A DNA stretch of 64,000 nucleotides, taken from assembly GCF_044704955.1 (NCBI RefSeq), contig NC_091993.1, positions 21,762,001 through 21,826,000 on the forward strand. The letters are read 5' to 3'. A model generated the notes under the pieces. That model worked only from the letters and a program-made list of their open reading frames with translations. It had not been told where the DNA came from and searched no databases. This stretch comes from Pristiophorus japonicus (taxonomy: Eukaryota). Below are positions 37,501 through 52,500 of the stretch, one piece after another. How positions within the stretch are numbered: the stretch's first letter is position 1; the number at the start of each line of letters is the position of its first letter. The translations under genes and the position numbers were made by a program.

Positions 37501-40500
37501 TTTACTGTTACGCATGCCAATTGCTATTTAAACATAAAGCCTGAAACATAAGTATAGTATAGAATTGGTGTGATTTCTATAGCAATGGAATACAGCCAGT
37601 ATTTTGTTTGAGACCGTTTTTGAATATTTAAAGCATTATCATTTGACAAGGTTTTACATGATTGCTTTTCTCTGGGATCAAACATCAGAAGAGGAAGGGG
37701 AAAATGCACAGTATCCCAACAAAGAAACAGTTTTAAATGAAGTTGAACAAATTAAAAAAAAAAAAAAAAATTACAACCCATGAAATATTAACACACCATG
37801 AAAAAACTGACCCATTTGCTAACATACCAACCAGATAACCACGAGATTACAGTATGCTCTTGTAACATGCACAAGACCGATCAATTGATTACATTTTTTC
37901 TTTTAACGTCTGTCAAATTTGAACAACTAATAATTTTTATAGAGTACCAAACATGCAAATGGCATATGTGATGACTTTTGAACAACTCGTGGACCTGATT
38001 AGACATAACGCACTTTCCAGGCCAGAAGAACAGGGTTGCAGTCCATTTGGCTGGCCCCAAAAATTTCAATTACTGAGTTCCTCAAATATCTGCTCAACTC
38101 TCCCTTGAATCTTTCCACATTCTCTGCCTATATCTGAGCCCATATCCTCTGCCTCTAGAATTTTTAGAAATCTCAAACATGTTAGTGAGATTTGATTTTT
38201 ATCTACTCCTTTAATCTTGAATATTTAAATAATATAAGCATTCTTCTTTCCAGAGTGATCAATTTCAGCTTCTCAAACCTTGTATAGAGTAAAAGATTAC
38301 ATTGAATTTGTCCTTCTTCTAGAAGATCTTAGTATTTTGGATTGGGTGCAACTAGAGTTGGCTGAGACAACTCGGCAAAGAATTTCCTTTGTTGAAGGGT
38401 GGTTTCCGTTATCTGAATTGTCGGGAGCGAGCTCTACTCTGATGGAGTCATTCAGGTAAATTATTAAAATTGTGGCCTGTTAAAAAATATTTTGATCTCT
38501 GAAATGCTAAAGTAACAGGATCCTAAAAACATCAGAATTGCTCTTTGTGTATTAGGTCAATGCAGGCAGCGGATGAGAAAGAGAACATAGACTCTGAACT
38601 TGCCCTAACTGGTCACTTAGCGGAGTTCTACCAAAAGAAATCTGCAGATGAAGCTGGAGCAGCTATAGAGCATGGAAAAAAAAGGAGACAATGTATGTGT
38701 AGTATAACTTTTTTTTTAAATTTAAAGCAAGGTGCAAGCGGGGATTTACTTCAAGTAGTGTTCCTCCTTGCCCCCCCACACCAACCTCCTATACAACTGT
38801 TTCCCCTCCTGTTCTGAATGAGATGACACTTAATTGTGGCACGGTTCCACAGAGATGGGTGCTCTAATTGAACAACCTCCTTGTGAGCTTGGACAGTGAA
38901 TGTCAAGATGCTGTTCAACTTTGCAGGCAAAGATAGATTCTGCCCGAGAACAATTGTAGCACCCTCCAGTTCTAATTTGGCTGAGATCATTTTGCTCAGA
39001 TCTTGTGACCTGGCTAGGCACTGCCTTTTAGCAAGTGAGTCACTGGATGTAGCTTGCTTATTTATTGTGCTTGTTCTATCTTACTGCCTGTCCATAACAT
39101 TTCTGCTGTTGCTTTATCAATTAATTTCAGGTGGTCCTCGAACCCCCATCCGACAGAAAATGAGGTCCATGAGTCGCTCTCTTCAGATGTTGAATGTCGC
39201 TAGACTAAACGTGAAAGCCCAAAAAAGTCAGCCAGATGGAATGCAGCTTGCCACTGGAGATGAGTCCACCCAGCAGTCCAAAAAACATTTGGGGGACAAA
39301 CAGAAACGTAAAAGAGTGAGGAAGAGTACAGTAGGTATGTCTTATTAGTTCTCTTTCACCCAATTTATAGATTAGATTTGTCTGTGTCGACTATTTGAGG
39401 AAGTTGCCCTTCAGATGTTTGGATCCCGAACACAGCAAGTACGATGGTGGTCATATGCTTGGTTTCAGTACCAGTCGACAAGTTACGATGCTGAAACCCT
39501 GGTTGATCAGTCACTTGCTACTCATTATTGAGCATTTGACTATGAAAGCCAATACAAGAAAGTGAGAAGTTTGAGTTCTGTGCTAAAGCAATGTAGTTGT
39601 TTGCTGATCTGTATTAGATTAAAGGGATGAGGAAGAATTTTGTGCTATGGCCTCGTGTTCACTAGGGACTGGGTTGAGACCAATGTTCCTGCTAAGATGC
39701 ATGAGCGGCCACGCAGCAATCTGAAACGTCCCTTTTGTAAATTGTAAAAACCATGCAAACGCAGAAATTTAAAGGGACCGCGCATTAAAAGAAACAGGCT
39801 GTGAAGAATAAAGCGCAGCTTACGGGGAACATTGGTTGAGACCATCATATGCTGAATAATGGATCGTTAGGTGTTGTACCCCACAGTGGTGAATGACTGG
39901 ATGCCTTCAGGAGAATAAGGTAGTTTTGCAGTTTTAAAATTCCGTATAGTATCTAAAAATTAAAATGTGTTGTACAGTACTATGCTACATTATTTTATGC
40001 ACATTTTTGTAATGTGTATTAAAGGTCTGAATACAAGAACCAGTTAAATGAGGGCGTTTTATCTTTCACTATCAACTATGATTCACACATTGCCCATTTG
40101 CAACTTTTAAATTTGATTTCTAATTCTGTCTCTGTTGCAGATTTTAAAAGTGACGAGGAGATGGTGTCCAGTTTGAAAGAGAATTACCAGAAACACGTAG
40201 CAGAAGATGAATTGTCCCAATTCAGTTTCGTACAGAATGCAGTCACAATCATTAAAATGTATCCAAAATCTGGCAAAACTGAGGATCTTGAGGTATTATC
40301 AGTTTTTAATTTGATGGTCTGATAATTCTGAAGTAATTTAATGTTTTTATGATCCTTCATGAGTTTTTACTAAGAGTTAGAAAAGTAACTGCAATGATTT
40401 TATCTATCACTGTTTATTAGTGCAGCACAATGTTGTAGTGTTGTCACCTTGGGTTGTTTAGTCTATTGGTACCATTACATTATAGGAATTACATAGGATA

Positions 40501-43500
40501 TACGACACAGAAACAGGCCATTCAGCCCAACTAGTCCGTGCCGACATTTATGCTCCACTTGAGCCTCCTACCGTCTTTCTTCATAGGTAGGAAGAATGAG
40601 AAAATAAGTATCTAAATGGGGTATAGGAGCAGAGAGATCTGGGACTACAGATACACATCACTAAAAGTAGCGATGCAGATTAATAAGGCCATTTAAAACA
40701 AAAAACAAACAAATCATTGGGTTTCTTTTCTAGCTGAATAGAATTGAAAAGCAGAGAAGTTATAGAGGGATATGTTGATGAGGTTAAATGAAGGGTGGGA
40801 GGAGACTCGTGGAGCATAAACACTGCATGAACCTGTTGAGCCAAACGGCTGTAAATACTATGTAATGCTATATAATTATGTATGTGATAAACTTCCCACT
40901 TCAAACTGCTTCCACTACTATCTCCACCAGAGATCCTCTAATCTTGAGCTCAAGGCACATCCCAAGTTTGGAAGGACAAATGTCTCGTCATATTGCTGGC
41001 TGCCTTTCACAATTGTGAATGTAGTATAATTTCAGTGTTGATTATTCTGTAAACCTTTTGAATGTAACAATTTTACCTCTTCTATTTAAAGGCCATGTGC
41101 ATAAAGCTGATTCAGATGCAGTTACTGAAGAGCAGTAAATCCATTCGACAGCAGTACGGAAACCAGGAGAATAAGGAACTCAAAGTTAGAGAGTGAGTAA
41201 GATGATATTTATATATTGGGGACTCATGGCTGTATCCGCCATCTTTCTGACCATTTTGTGCCCATCATTTCTAAAGCAAGAAAAATACAAGGAATTTATT
41301 TAAATATTTTGTCAAGTGTAAATATCTTATTGAAATGGCACAGAGTTGCAAAACTATCCACAATTAAGCACATTGCTAAATTGTCTACTTCTTCAAGTTG
41401 TGTGTTTAGTGTGGGAAATAAAAATGTCACTGCTATATTAAAATATGCTGTCTGAGCTTATTTTTAATTTATGCGGGATGTAGGCGTCGCTGGCAAGGCT
41501 AACATTGCCCATCCCCAATTGCCCTTGAGAAAATGGTGGTGAGCCGTCACCTTGAACTCTAGATGGCAGTTAAGTCATTAGTCCAGGCCTCTGGATTACT
41601 ACTTATGTAACAACCACTATGCTATTCTGTAGTTTAAGATATACTACTTGGGAAGAATAGAGGACATTTTAACATCTTCTGACTTACCTTTGTGTACCTG
41701 ACCTAGGAATGCTCTATGCTAACACCAGATAACCAAAGTGGAAAATATTTGTTCTTTGAACACTAAACAAAATTACTTCTGTGGGAGATATAGGGGGTGG
41801 AAGGGGATAAGAAAGGAAAAAAGATCAGTGCATCTGCATTTGTGCAGTTTTCTGTTGGAGGGTCATCCTTGTGTTAATTTTCATGATGGCTCTTGTTGCA
41901 GCTGCCAGCTTCAGGTCTTGTTACGTTTGGAGATGTGCCAGCAGTTTCCATCATTGCAAAATGACCGTGAGCAGTTGGAACAGCTTGTGGAAGAAGTGAG
42001 TATAGTGTTACACCAAGTGTACAATTGTTTCACCTCTGGTTCAAATCTGGCATAGAATGATGGGATGAAAGTCTCTTTAGTTGTAATGTGAAACGAGTTT
42101 AGTAGTTTTTCTCCAATTCCTTGTTGGCTCGAGTCTACAATGCACAGCTGCTCCTACTAAACCAAATTGATAACCCCATTTAAAGGCTACAGGGTTGCCA
42201 CAGTAGGTAATGGAAAAATGTACCTTTCGGCAGTATGGTGTGATCTCTGAAGAAATTTGGAACAAAATAGGAGACGTTTCATGCTGCATCTAACTATTAT
42301 GCCTTCCCGAGATTGTGTTCTATTCCCCAGCACTAATCGCATTCATCTTCAACACAAAATTCTGAATATATGGGTCATTTTCCGGTTGGCAAACAGTGAC
42401 TAGTGGGGTGCCGCAGGGATCTGTGCTGGGGCCTCAACTATTTACGATCTATATTAATGACTTCGATGAAGGGACTGAGTTTGCTGATACAAAGATGGGT
42501 GGGAAAGCAAATTGTGAGGAGGACACAAAAGATTGCAAAAGGATATAGATAGGCTAAATGAGTGGGGAAAAAATTGGCAGATGGAGTATAATGTGGGAAA
42601 ATGTGAGGTTATCCACTTTAGCAGAAGTAATAGAAAAGCAAATTATAATTTAAATGGAGAAAAATTGCAAAGTGTAATACAGAGAAACCTGGGAGTCCTT
42701 GTGCATGAAACGCAAAGTTAGTATGCAGGTACAGCAAGTAATTAGGAAGGCAAATGGAATGTTGGCCTTTTATTGTAAGGGCTATGGAGTATAAAAGCAG
42801 AGAAATCCTGCTACAACTATACAGGGTATTGGTGAGGCCACACCTGGAGTACAATGTACAGTTTTGGTCTCCATATTTAAGGAAGGATATACTTGCATTG
42901 GAGGCTGTTCAGAGAAGGTTCACTAGGTTGATTCGGAGATGAGGGGGTTGACTTATGAGGAAAGATTGAGTAGGTTGGGCCTATACACATTGGAGTTCAG
43001 AAGAATGTGAGGTGATCGTATTGAAACTAGTAAGATAATGAGGGGGCTCGGCAAGGTGGATGCAGAGAGGATATTTCCACTCGGGAAACTAAAACTAGGG
43101 GACATAGTCTTAGAATAAAGGGCCGCCCATTTAAAACTTAGATGAGGAGAAATTTCTTCTGAGGAATGTAAATCTATGGCATTCTCTGCTCCAGAGAGCT
43201 GTGGAGGCTGGGTCATTGAATATATTTAAGGCGGAGATAGACAGATTTTTGAGTGATAAGGGAGTAAAGGGTTATGGGGAATGGGCAGGGAAGTGGAGCT
43301 GAGTCCATGATCTGATCAGCCATGATCTTATTGAATGGTGGAGCATGCTCGAGGGGCCAAATGGCCTGCTCCTGCTCCTATTTCTTATGTTCTTAAAATT
43401 CACAAGTGTCATTTTAAATAAAAGTACATAGATTCAATTAATGGACAAATATTCAAGTAATATTTGAAGTGCAGAATCCAAGTACTGTAAAACAATTCCT

Positions 43501-46500
43501 CTGTTACAAATAGAATGTCTCGGATATCTAAAAGAAAATTGCATTCCTTCAACTTGCTGGGCAAACCCCCTGACTTATATAGGATTAATTACTCTTCTGA
43601 TGCCAGGGCTAAGTTGCACTGGATGAAGTGGCTGTGTGGTGGACCCTTCCCGCACTGTATCTGATGCATGAATTTTATCCCATCACTGAGTGCAGCAAAT
43701 CAGCTCGTACCGTGGATACATTGTCCTTTTTTGATTTGAATGATTATGCAATTGCTTTTCCCATGGCACTATTTTAAGAGGAGTAGGGAAATTCTTCCAA
43801 ATTTAGACCTCAATCAACATCACTAATACAAATTATCTGGTCATTTATCTCACTGGACCTTGCAATGTACAAATTGTGTTGCCCTACAGTACAACAGTTG
43901 ACTACACTTCAAAGCCAATGAAACATTTTGGGATGTCCTGGGATTGTGAAAAGCACTATATAAATGCAAGTTCATTTTTTTTCAATTAACAAAATAAGGC
44001 CTTCAAATGTGACTTTTTTTTTTGTTCTAGCAGCATGTGATTTTTAAACCTTAATAAAATTGCAACTAAAAAGAAAGACTTGCATTTATATAGGGCCTTT
44101 CAAAACCACTGGAAGTCCAAAGTGCTTTACAGCCAATGAAGTACTTTATTTTGAAGTGTTATCATGTTTGTAATGTAGGAAACATGGCAGCCAATTTGTG
44201 CACAGCAAACTCTCACAAACAGGAATGCGATAATGATCAAATAATCTGTTTTTGTGATGTTGATTGAAGGATAAAAATTGGCCAGGGCACCGGGGATAGC
44301 TCCCCAGCTCTCCTTCGAAATAGTGCCATGGAATCTTTTTTGACCACCTGAGAGAGCAGATGGGGGCTTGGTTTAATGTCTAGATACAGTACAGGATGCT
44401 TTCATAAGGAGCAGAATGGTCCACTGCACAGCAACAGTAAAGTTGTACTTGCACTCTAGAGTTGGGTCCTGATTCGGATAGTTGTAGTGAGTGCACCCTT
44501 GGAGGAGGCAGTCTCATACTGCTTAGGTTTGATGCCATGTGAAGTGTAACTTGACTGAAGTGTAACTCGACTGCAAAGTCTAAAAAAAGAGCTTGCAGGG
44601 ATACATTAGACATTCTGAGCACTTTTTAAACTTCCTCTAAGTTTTAAATATTGGGAGTCCATGCATGCACAGGTGTCTCCTGGAACATTTGTCTTGAGTA
44701 TAGACAATTTCATTATTATTGATGCACTGGACCAGATACTGCAGGACTACAGTATAAATGCATTGTAGGAACAGCCAGAAATTGGACCATTTGTTCAGGC
44801 AGTGATGTAGAAGTAGTTTGTAATAGGGTTTTAAATATATTTTAATACCTACATTAGGAAGGTCCAATATTTTTTCCTAAGCTGATCACTTTGTTTTTGA
44901 TTGCAGATGACAAATCTACTGCGCATCATATCTCTAACAAAAGACACCACATTTCTTGCAAAGTTTCTGGAGGAAGAGATTTTAAATGTGTAAGTTCAAA
45001 AAGATCTTCAAGCATGAACATATCACTTCAGGCCTGCACAGGATGCTGTGATTGTCCTGCACACAACTGCAGTTGACCAGGATCTTCCCCCTCTTGTCCA
45101 TTTTCTCCTCTGGAGAAACAATTTATGCTGCGATAAGCTGCCATGGGTATTAACATTCATCTGGTACCTTGCCCATTCTTCAGTGAGTTTAGGCAAACTA
45201 TTCAATCGTAGATGGCATCATACTGGAGTCTGATCCTGACATCTGTGTGTCTGCACTTTCCAGTTGTAGTCACTGGTCAGGAGTGGAAACACTGACTCTT
45301 TTCCCTCATTCTTAGCCATGGGATGCTGTGACCCACTCACTCCCCCAGCTGAGATCAGCTAACTTGCCACACGTTTGGAAAAATCCACTTGAGATTTTGA
45401 GATCTCTATGGCTCCATACATTGCTATACTGTGCCTTCATCCAGTGGGCCAATGGAGGTAACAAAACTACTGTAGCTGCAAATTTGAATTGTTAAATCAA
45501 AATAAAATGTTAACCCATATATTGTACAATGGGATTGGGAAAGAGGGTGAGAGATACAAATTACAAACTGTTGCAGCTTAATTTGATGCATTTAATGCTT
45601 CTCCTTTTCTCTTCCTATGTTGGGAAAGAATGTAGCATTAAAAGGCAACTGGCCTTTCACAGTCCCCCAGTGGTGGTGTGTTGTAGACACAGTTACAACT
45701 TGAAGGAAAACTTTTGTATTGTACTGTCCGGGTGGGGGCGCTGCTGGGATTCAAATCCTGGGGCCACATACTTTAGTGCACTCTGTCAAATATCAAGTCT
45801 GCCTTGAATGCTAGGCATGCTGAGCCAGAGATTGAGTACGCATTTGCGATTTAGTGGAGAAGCTAATAGGGCAGTTACTTTGCATATTGCTGGATATTTA
45901 GTTTTATCCTGGCCTATCTCTGTACTTGGGTTTTTACTTCAAGAAAATTGCATAAAATTAATGTGGATTATGTGGGGAGTGGGATTAATAGTATCTGGTC
46001 TTGATCTCTCTTTCCTCCTTCTCACTCCATTTACTCTTTTCAAATGATACGAAATTGATTCAGATGGTTTAAACCATATTGCATTTCAGGTATTTGCTCA
46101 CAGTACCAAAGGTATTGGGTGAATTGTACTTCGGATTAGGACAGAACGTCCCAGCGCGTCTGGCCTCTGTGCTTCCTGCTGACTTCTTCAGTGATGAATC
46201 CATGAGCCAGGAAACTGAGTCACCTGACTATTCCCAGCCTGCCTCGCTGACTGCCATTACCAGCTGTGCAGGCTGCGAAGGAGAACAGCTGGAAGAGCTT
46301 CGCACCAGATCGTCCCGGAAAAGAAGGTGCTGGTGCTCTGTCTAGTTCTTAATATGTATTTTATCTCTCTGCACAATGGGGTGCAGTGCTGTCACCTGGT
46401 TTATTTAGCACAGTGAATCCAGTATTCTTAGCAAGGGAGGGGACACTGGAGGCAACGCGCTTTGCCTTTGTGTGATGCTCTTAATTTGTGATCTCAAATT

Positions 46501-49500
46501 GCTTCAACCATGACTACCACCAATTACAGACCTTTAACAACAACGACTTTGCTCTAGTCATATACAGCCTACTCCAGATGCAATCCAAGTTTGGAAGGAC
46601 AGAATCTAATTGTACAGCTGCGTGCCCTTTTTCCCATCCATAGTTTTAGATAGTATAAAGACCTTTCAAACCCACTTTACATTACTAAAATCCTAGTGAC
46701 AGCAGTGAGGTGAGATATGTATAGGTCTAAAGCTGTATTTATTCCAGTATGGTATTGAATACATGCAAGGACCAATAGTTCCACAGTGAATGATGCATGT
46801 GTGCCATAACACAATAGATTTGAGCATATAATATAGACTGACATTTCCCCCGGCTGGAGAACCTAGAAGTTGGGGGGCAGATGGCATAGTCTCGGGATAA
46901 AGGGGGGGGCGGTGGCATAGTCTCCGGATAAAAGGTAGGCCATTTAATGCTGAGATGAGGAGGAATTTCTTCACTCAAAAGGGCTGTGAATCTTTGGAAT
47001 TCTCTACCCCAAAGAACTGTGAATGCTGAATTCTTGAGTATATTCAAGGTTGAAATCGATAGATTTTTAGACTCCAAGGAATCAAGGGATACGGGTGGGA
47101 AAGTGGAGTTGAGGTCGAAGATCAGCCATGATATTGAATGGCGGAGCAGGCTCGAGCGGCCGTATGGTCTACTCCTCCTAATTCTTCTGTCCTTGCGTTC
47201 TTCAATGCAGTACTAACAGTGATCATATTTCAAAAATAATTAATTGGCTGTGAAGTACTTTTGGGATGTGACCTGAAAAACCAAATAAATGCAGTTTCAG
47301 AAAAAATTGTGCTTTGCAGATCAAAAAACCACTTTGTCAAAGTATTTGACAGCATGGTGTGCACAGCTATTTTGTACCACCTAGAATTTAAAAGTCCCTT
47401 ACCTCCTTCACAGCCACAGCTCATAGGGTGTTGAAAGGGTGACATTTTGGTTGATAATGAGGGCAGGAACTCTGTTTTCTGTACAATTACCAAATCAGCT
47501 GATTTGTCCAGAGTTGGAAGTCTTGCATGCACGTTTCCTTTTCCTGAACAGCAGAGCTGTCAGCTGGGATGTCCTGAGTAACTTTGCAGGTTAACAGTGC
47601 AGATCTCTGGAAGAAACCAGATCTACTTATTACAAATTTAAATCGCCAATGTGCACTAAGGATTGAGGTGCATTTGTTAAAGGTATAACATTTGTGTTCT
47701 GTGCAGTAAATATAGCTATCTGTTCTAAATGTGTGCATTCAAAACCCAGCACTGTTCAAATACTTTGTCTTTTAGGAGCCTTCCAGTGACTAGGCATCGT
47801 AGCATGTCTGAGTTGTCTCACAATTTGCGACAAATTCAAATGCCAAAAAAATCTGTGAAAAGGGTAAGTTGCTTGAATAGGTGCAGCTGAAATTGTAGAC
47901 CTCGGTGCATGAAAACTACAAGAAATGTTCTTTAATGCAAGCTTGCTTTTCAAACAGCCTCGACAGCCAGAACTAGGCTAATTTAAAAATATTCCCCTCT
48001 TTCCTGTAGTTAACTGATAAAAACCTTGGCACACTGGGAAGGAAGTAGTGTTTTTGTATTTAAATGCAAAGTTGCCATCTCAAAACATCTGCCTGAAACT
48101 GTACAGAAGTCAGTTTTCATACGATAGGTAGGGGTTTATCATTGAATGATCCAACATAGAAGGAGGACATTCGGCCCATCGTGCCTGTGCTTGTGTAGGA
48201 ATAAACAGGTCCTTTTCAGAATGACAGGCAGTGGGGTACTGCAAGGTTCAGTACTGGGACCCCAGCTATTTACAATATATATTAATGATTTAGACAAAGG
48301 AATTGAATGTAATATCTCCAAGTTTGCAGATGACACTAAGCTGGGTGGCAATGTGAGCTGTGAGGAGGATGCTAAGAGGCTGCAGGGTGACTTAGACAGG
48401 TTAGGTGAGTGGGCAAATGCATAGCAGATGCAGTATAAAGTAGATAAATGTGAGGTTATCCACTTTGGTGGCAAAAACAGGAAGGTAGAATATTATTTGA
48501 ATGGTGACAGATTAGGAAAAGGTGTGGTGCAACAAGACTTGGGTGTCATGGTGTATCAGTTATTGAAAGTTGGCATGCCGGTACAGCAGACAGTGAAGAA
48601 GGCAAATGGCATGTTGGCCTTCGTAGTGAGAGGGTTTGAGTATAGGAGCAGGGAGGTCTTACTGCAGTTGTACAGGGCCTTGGGTGAGGCCACACCTTGA
48701 ATATATTTGTGTACAGTTTTGGTCTCCTAATCTGAGGAAGGACATTCTTGCTATTGAGGGAGTGCAGCGAAGGTTCACCAGACTGATTCTCGGGATGGCA
48801 TGACTGACATGAGGAAAGACTGAATCGACTAAGCTTATATTCACTGGAATTTAGAAGAATGAGAGAGGATCTCATAGAAACATATAAAATTCTGACGGGA
48901 TTGGACAGGTTAGATGCAGGAAGAATGTTCCCGATGTTGGGAAGTCCAGAACCAGGGGTCACCAGTCTAAGGATAAGGGGTAAGCCATTTAGGACCGAGA
49001 TGAGGAGAAACTTCTTCACTCAGAGAATTGTGAACCTGTAGAATTCTCTACCACAGAAAGTTCGTTAGATCTATTCAAAAGGGAGTTAGATGTGGCCCTT
49101 ATGGCTAAAGGGATCAAGGGGTATGGAGAGAAAGCAGGAATGGGGTACTGAAGTTGCATGATCAGCCATGATCATATTGAATGGTGGTGCAGACTCGAAG
49201 GGCCGAATGGCCTACTCCCGCACCTATTTTCTATGTTTCTTGAGCTATCCAACTAGTTCCACTTCCCTGCTCTTTCCTCATAGCCTTGCAAATATTTTTA
49301 CCAAGTATTTATCCAATTCACTTTTGAAAGTTATTATTGAATCTGCTCCCACTGCCCATTCAGGCAGTGCATTCCAGATCACAACAACCTACTCTGTTTT
49401 ATAAAAATAAATGTTTCCTCGTGTCGCCTCGTTCTTTTGCCAATCACCTTAAACCTGTGTCTTTTGGTACCCAACCCTTCTTGCCATTGAAACAGTTGTC

Positions 49501-52500
49501 TACTCTTATCAAACCCGTTTATGATTTTAAACACTTCTATCAAATCTCCTCTCAATTTTCTCTGCTCTAAGGAGAGCAACCTCAGATTCTTCAGTCTCCA
49601 CACAACTGAAGTCCCTAATCCCTGGTAGTAAATCTCTTCTGCACCCTCTCTAAGGACTAGGCATCTTTTGTAAAGTATGGTGCCCAGAATCGAACACACT
49701 ACTCCAGCTGAGGCCTAATCAGTCTTTTTAATAATGGTTTAGCATAACCTCCTTGCTTTTGTACTTTATGCCTCTATTAATAAAGCCAAGGATCCCATTC
49801 TAAACTTGTCATGCCATCTGCAAAGATGTGTGTGCGTACATCCCCAGGACTTTCTCTTGTTTTAGTTTAATAATTTAGTTTATATTGCTTATCGTTCATT
49901 CTTCCTACCAAAATGCACCACTACATACTTCTGTGTTAAATTTCATCTCTCATTTGTCTGCCCATTTCACTAACCTGTCCATGTCTTCCTGAAGTCAGTT
50001 AGTATCCTCCTCATTGTTTAGGTATATTGTAGGGCGGTATTGGAATGGCTATGCATTGCACTTGTCCTCTATTGCATCTGTTGGGAGAAGTATTTCATAC
50101 TGTAAGATTATTCTGTCAGTATTTTCAATCTTGCTTTATTTACAACATTTATTTCGTCTTAAAAGGAATGATTGATGAACCCCTAGAAATAACTCTACAA
50201 ATGTAAAATATATGAACATCTTGTAACTCGTGTAGAAGGTTATAGCATGAAAATCTGAGTATAGCTGGAAATTGTATTAATCAGAAGTGTTGATTGCAAC
50301 AGGAAAAATTGCAGTCTCATCCGTCCTTTGCTATTGAGCAGCCAGTGCTCCCACCACCTTCATCACAAAAGGAAGTGCAAGGTACGATTTGGTCATATTT
50401 ACATTGTGCACTAACATCTATGATTCTGTTGAATATATATTTAGTATTGTGCCACTGAGTGATGGGACCAATGTGGTTGGTTACGGAACAACTAACGTCT
50501 TGATTAGGTCATAGTCTGGATGTTTGGGTGACTCCTCCTCTCGTGTGCTGCTGCGTGACTCATTAATCCAATATGTGTGAGGCAAATAATACAGCAATTA
50601 TTGCAGATGAATGTAAACATTTGTTGCAGTTTGATTGCTGCTCTTTATTTCCCCTTTTTTGTTGTGCAGCTTCAGTACACTAAAATGGCATCTGTTCTTA
50701 TTAGCTTTCTGCCAACTAACGAGCAAGCTGATCCCACGGTTCAACATATTCAAAATCCTCGTCACAGCCCCTCTCCACTATACCTCTACTTCTGATCAAT
50801 GTTCCCATTCAGCCACGTGGCCGCACAGTGGTCTGGAAGTCCCGCACAGACTGCTCAGCGGCTTTTAAATAGAAAAATCGCGCATGTGCAGAAATTTGAA
50901 TGGGTCGCGCGCCCTTCCAAAAAATTAATGGGAACATTGCTTCTGACTAGCTTTTTTTGCATCTGCCCCTCCCTCACTCTGGTGGTGATGCTCCCACAAC
51001 AGTGCTGGATAGGGAATTTCAGGATTCTGACCCAGTGGTGATGAAGGAATGGCGATGTATGTCCAAATCAGTGTGTTTTGGAGGGGAGCCGGCTTGCCCT
51101 TGTTCCAACAACATTGCTGCTTTTGTTTGTGGTAGTAGAGTTCACAGAAAAAGGAGAAACTATCTTGAGTAACCTTGGTGAGTTGCTGCAGTGCATCCTG
51201 TAGATCATACGTACAGCAGCCAGTGTGTAGGGGGGTGGATAAGAGTCCTGTGGCATGGAGCTCTAATCAATCTCTTCAGTGCAGTACTGATGGCGCATTG
51301 CGCCATTAGAGGTGCCTTCTTTCGATTGAAATGTTAAATTGAGGCCTCATCTGCCTGTTCAGATGGACCTAAAAGACCCGACTGCATTATTTGCAGAACA
51401 GCAAGGGAGCTCTCCCAGTATCCTGGTCAACATTCACACCTCCATTGCCTCCTTTAAGATCCTCCTTGGAACAAGCTTTTGCTCAATCCTTCCAAATATT
51501 ATCCTTTGCTCAATGCACTTTTATTTTTAATTACGCCTACGTGAAGCACTTTGTGACATTTTGCTATGCTACAGGTGCAATATAAATATATAAATGCAAG
51601 TTGCTGTTGAGAGCAAGACCTAACATCCTCTTCCTTTTACAGAGGAAGAATACTGTGGGTGCCTAAATAGAGGCGCAAAATATGTTTATACTAAAAGGCA
51701 CAATTTTTACAAAAAGGTAGCTATATCCGTGAGAGCTACAAGTAAATGCACTTGAGTGGATTTTTTTTTACTTCCCAAGAGAATTTAGGTTGGCTGTAAA
51801 CTGGTGCTTTATTCATTGTTTTTTCTGTGAACTGACAATTCAGTATAGAAAATGTTACAATTTGCATTTTTCATAGTTGCATTTTTTGAGGTAGAGATGA
51901 AAAAATGAACCTTGTATTGTTGGGCATGGTGTAGAAACACATCTTGAATATTTTCTACTGAAGCTACTGATGCAACAAATTACATTTTGTGGGGTGTTGC
52001 TTTCTATTTATAAAATAAACCGGTACCCGATGCTGAAAACCTAAGATGTGTGGAGTATTGATGCATTGTTAGGTGATTTTGTTTTAATTCATTCACTGGA
52101 TGTTGGTATCTCCAACGCCAAGTAAAAATTCTGGAATTCAACGCAATTCAACTAATTTTGATGCATCCAATTGCCATAAACTAGTGTTCCTGAGCATAGC
52201 TGACTGTCTACCGAGGGAGCCCATTAATTGCCACCAACAATGATATTTGGTTCCTCCTTTGAAACCATTAATGAGAAGTGGTTCAGAGGGACTACCTTGT
52301 TCGGACTTTGAACTTTCTCTTGGTCACCGTTGGTATTAGTTTGGGTAGATGGTTTAGACTTAGAAAATTGCTTCAGTATTAGTATCGTTGGGATTGACGG
52401 TAAAGCAGCAACATGCTGTAGACGTCACAATAAAACAATCGATAGGGGGCCAAACACTTAGTATAGCTAGCTGGCTTTTAAGATTGTAAAGTTCGCAAGA

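Noticed and set aside
41728-41739. miR-9-complementary AGATAACCAAAG
   Set aside because: Short intronic match with no hairpin; I saw no miR-9 precursor in the window.
46882-46933. Short tandem duplication inside a CR1
   Set aside because: Ordinary slippage or repair event in a dead element.
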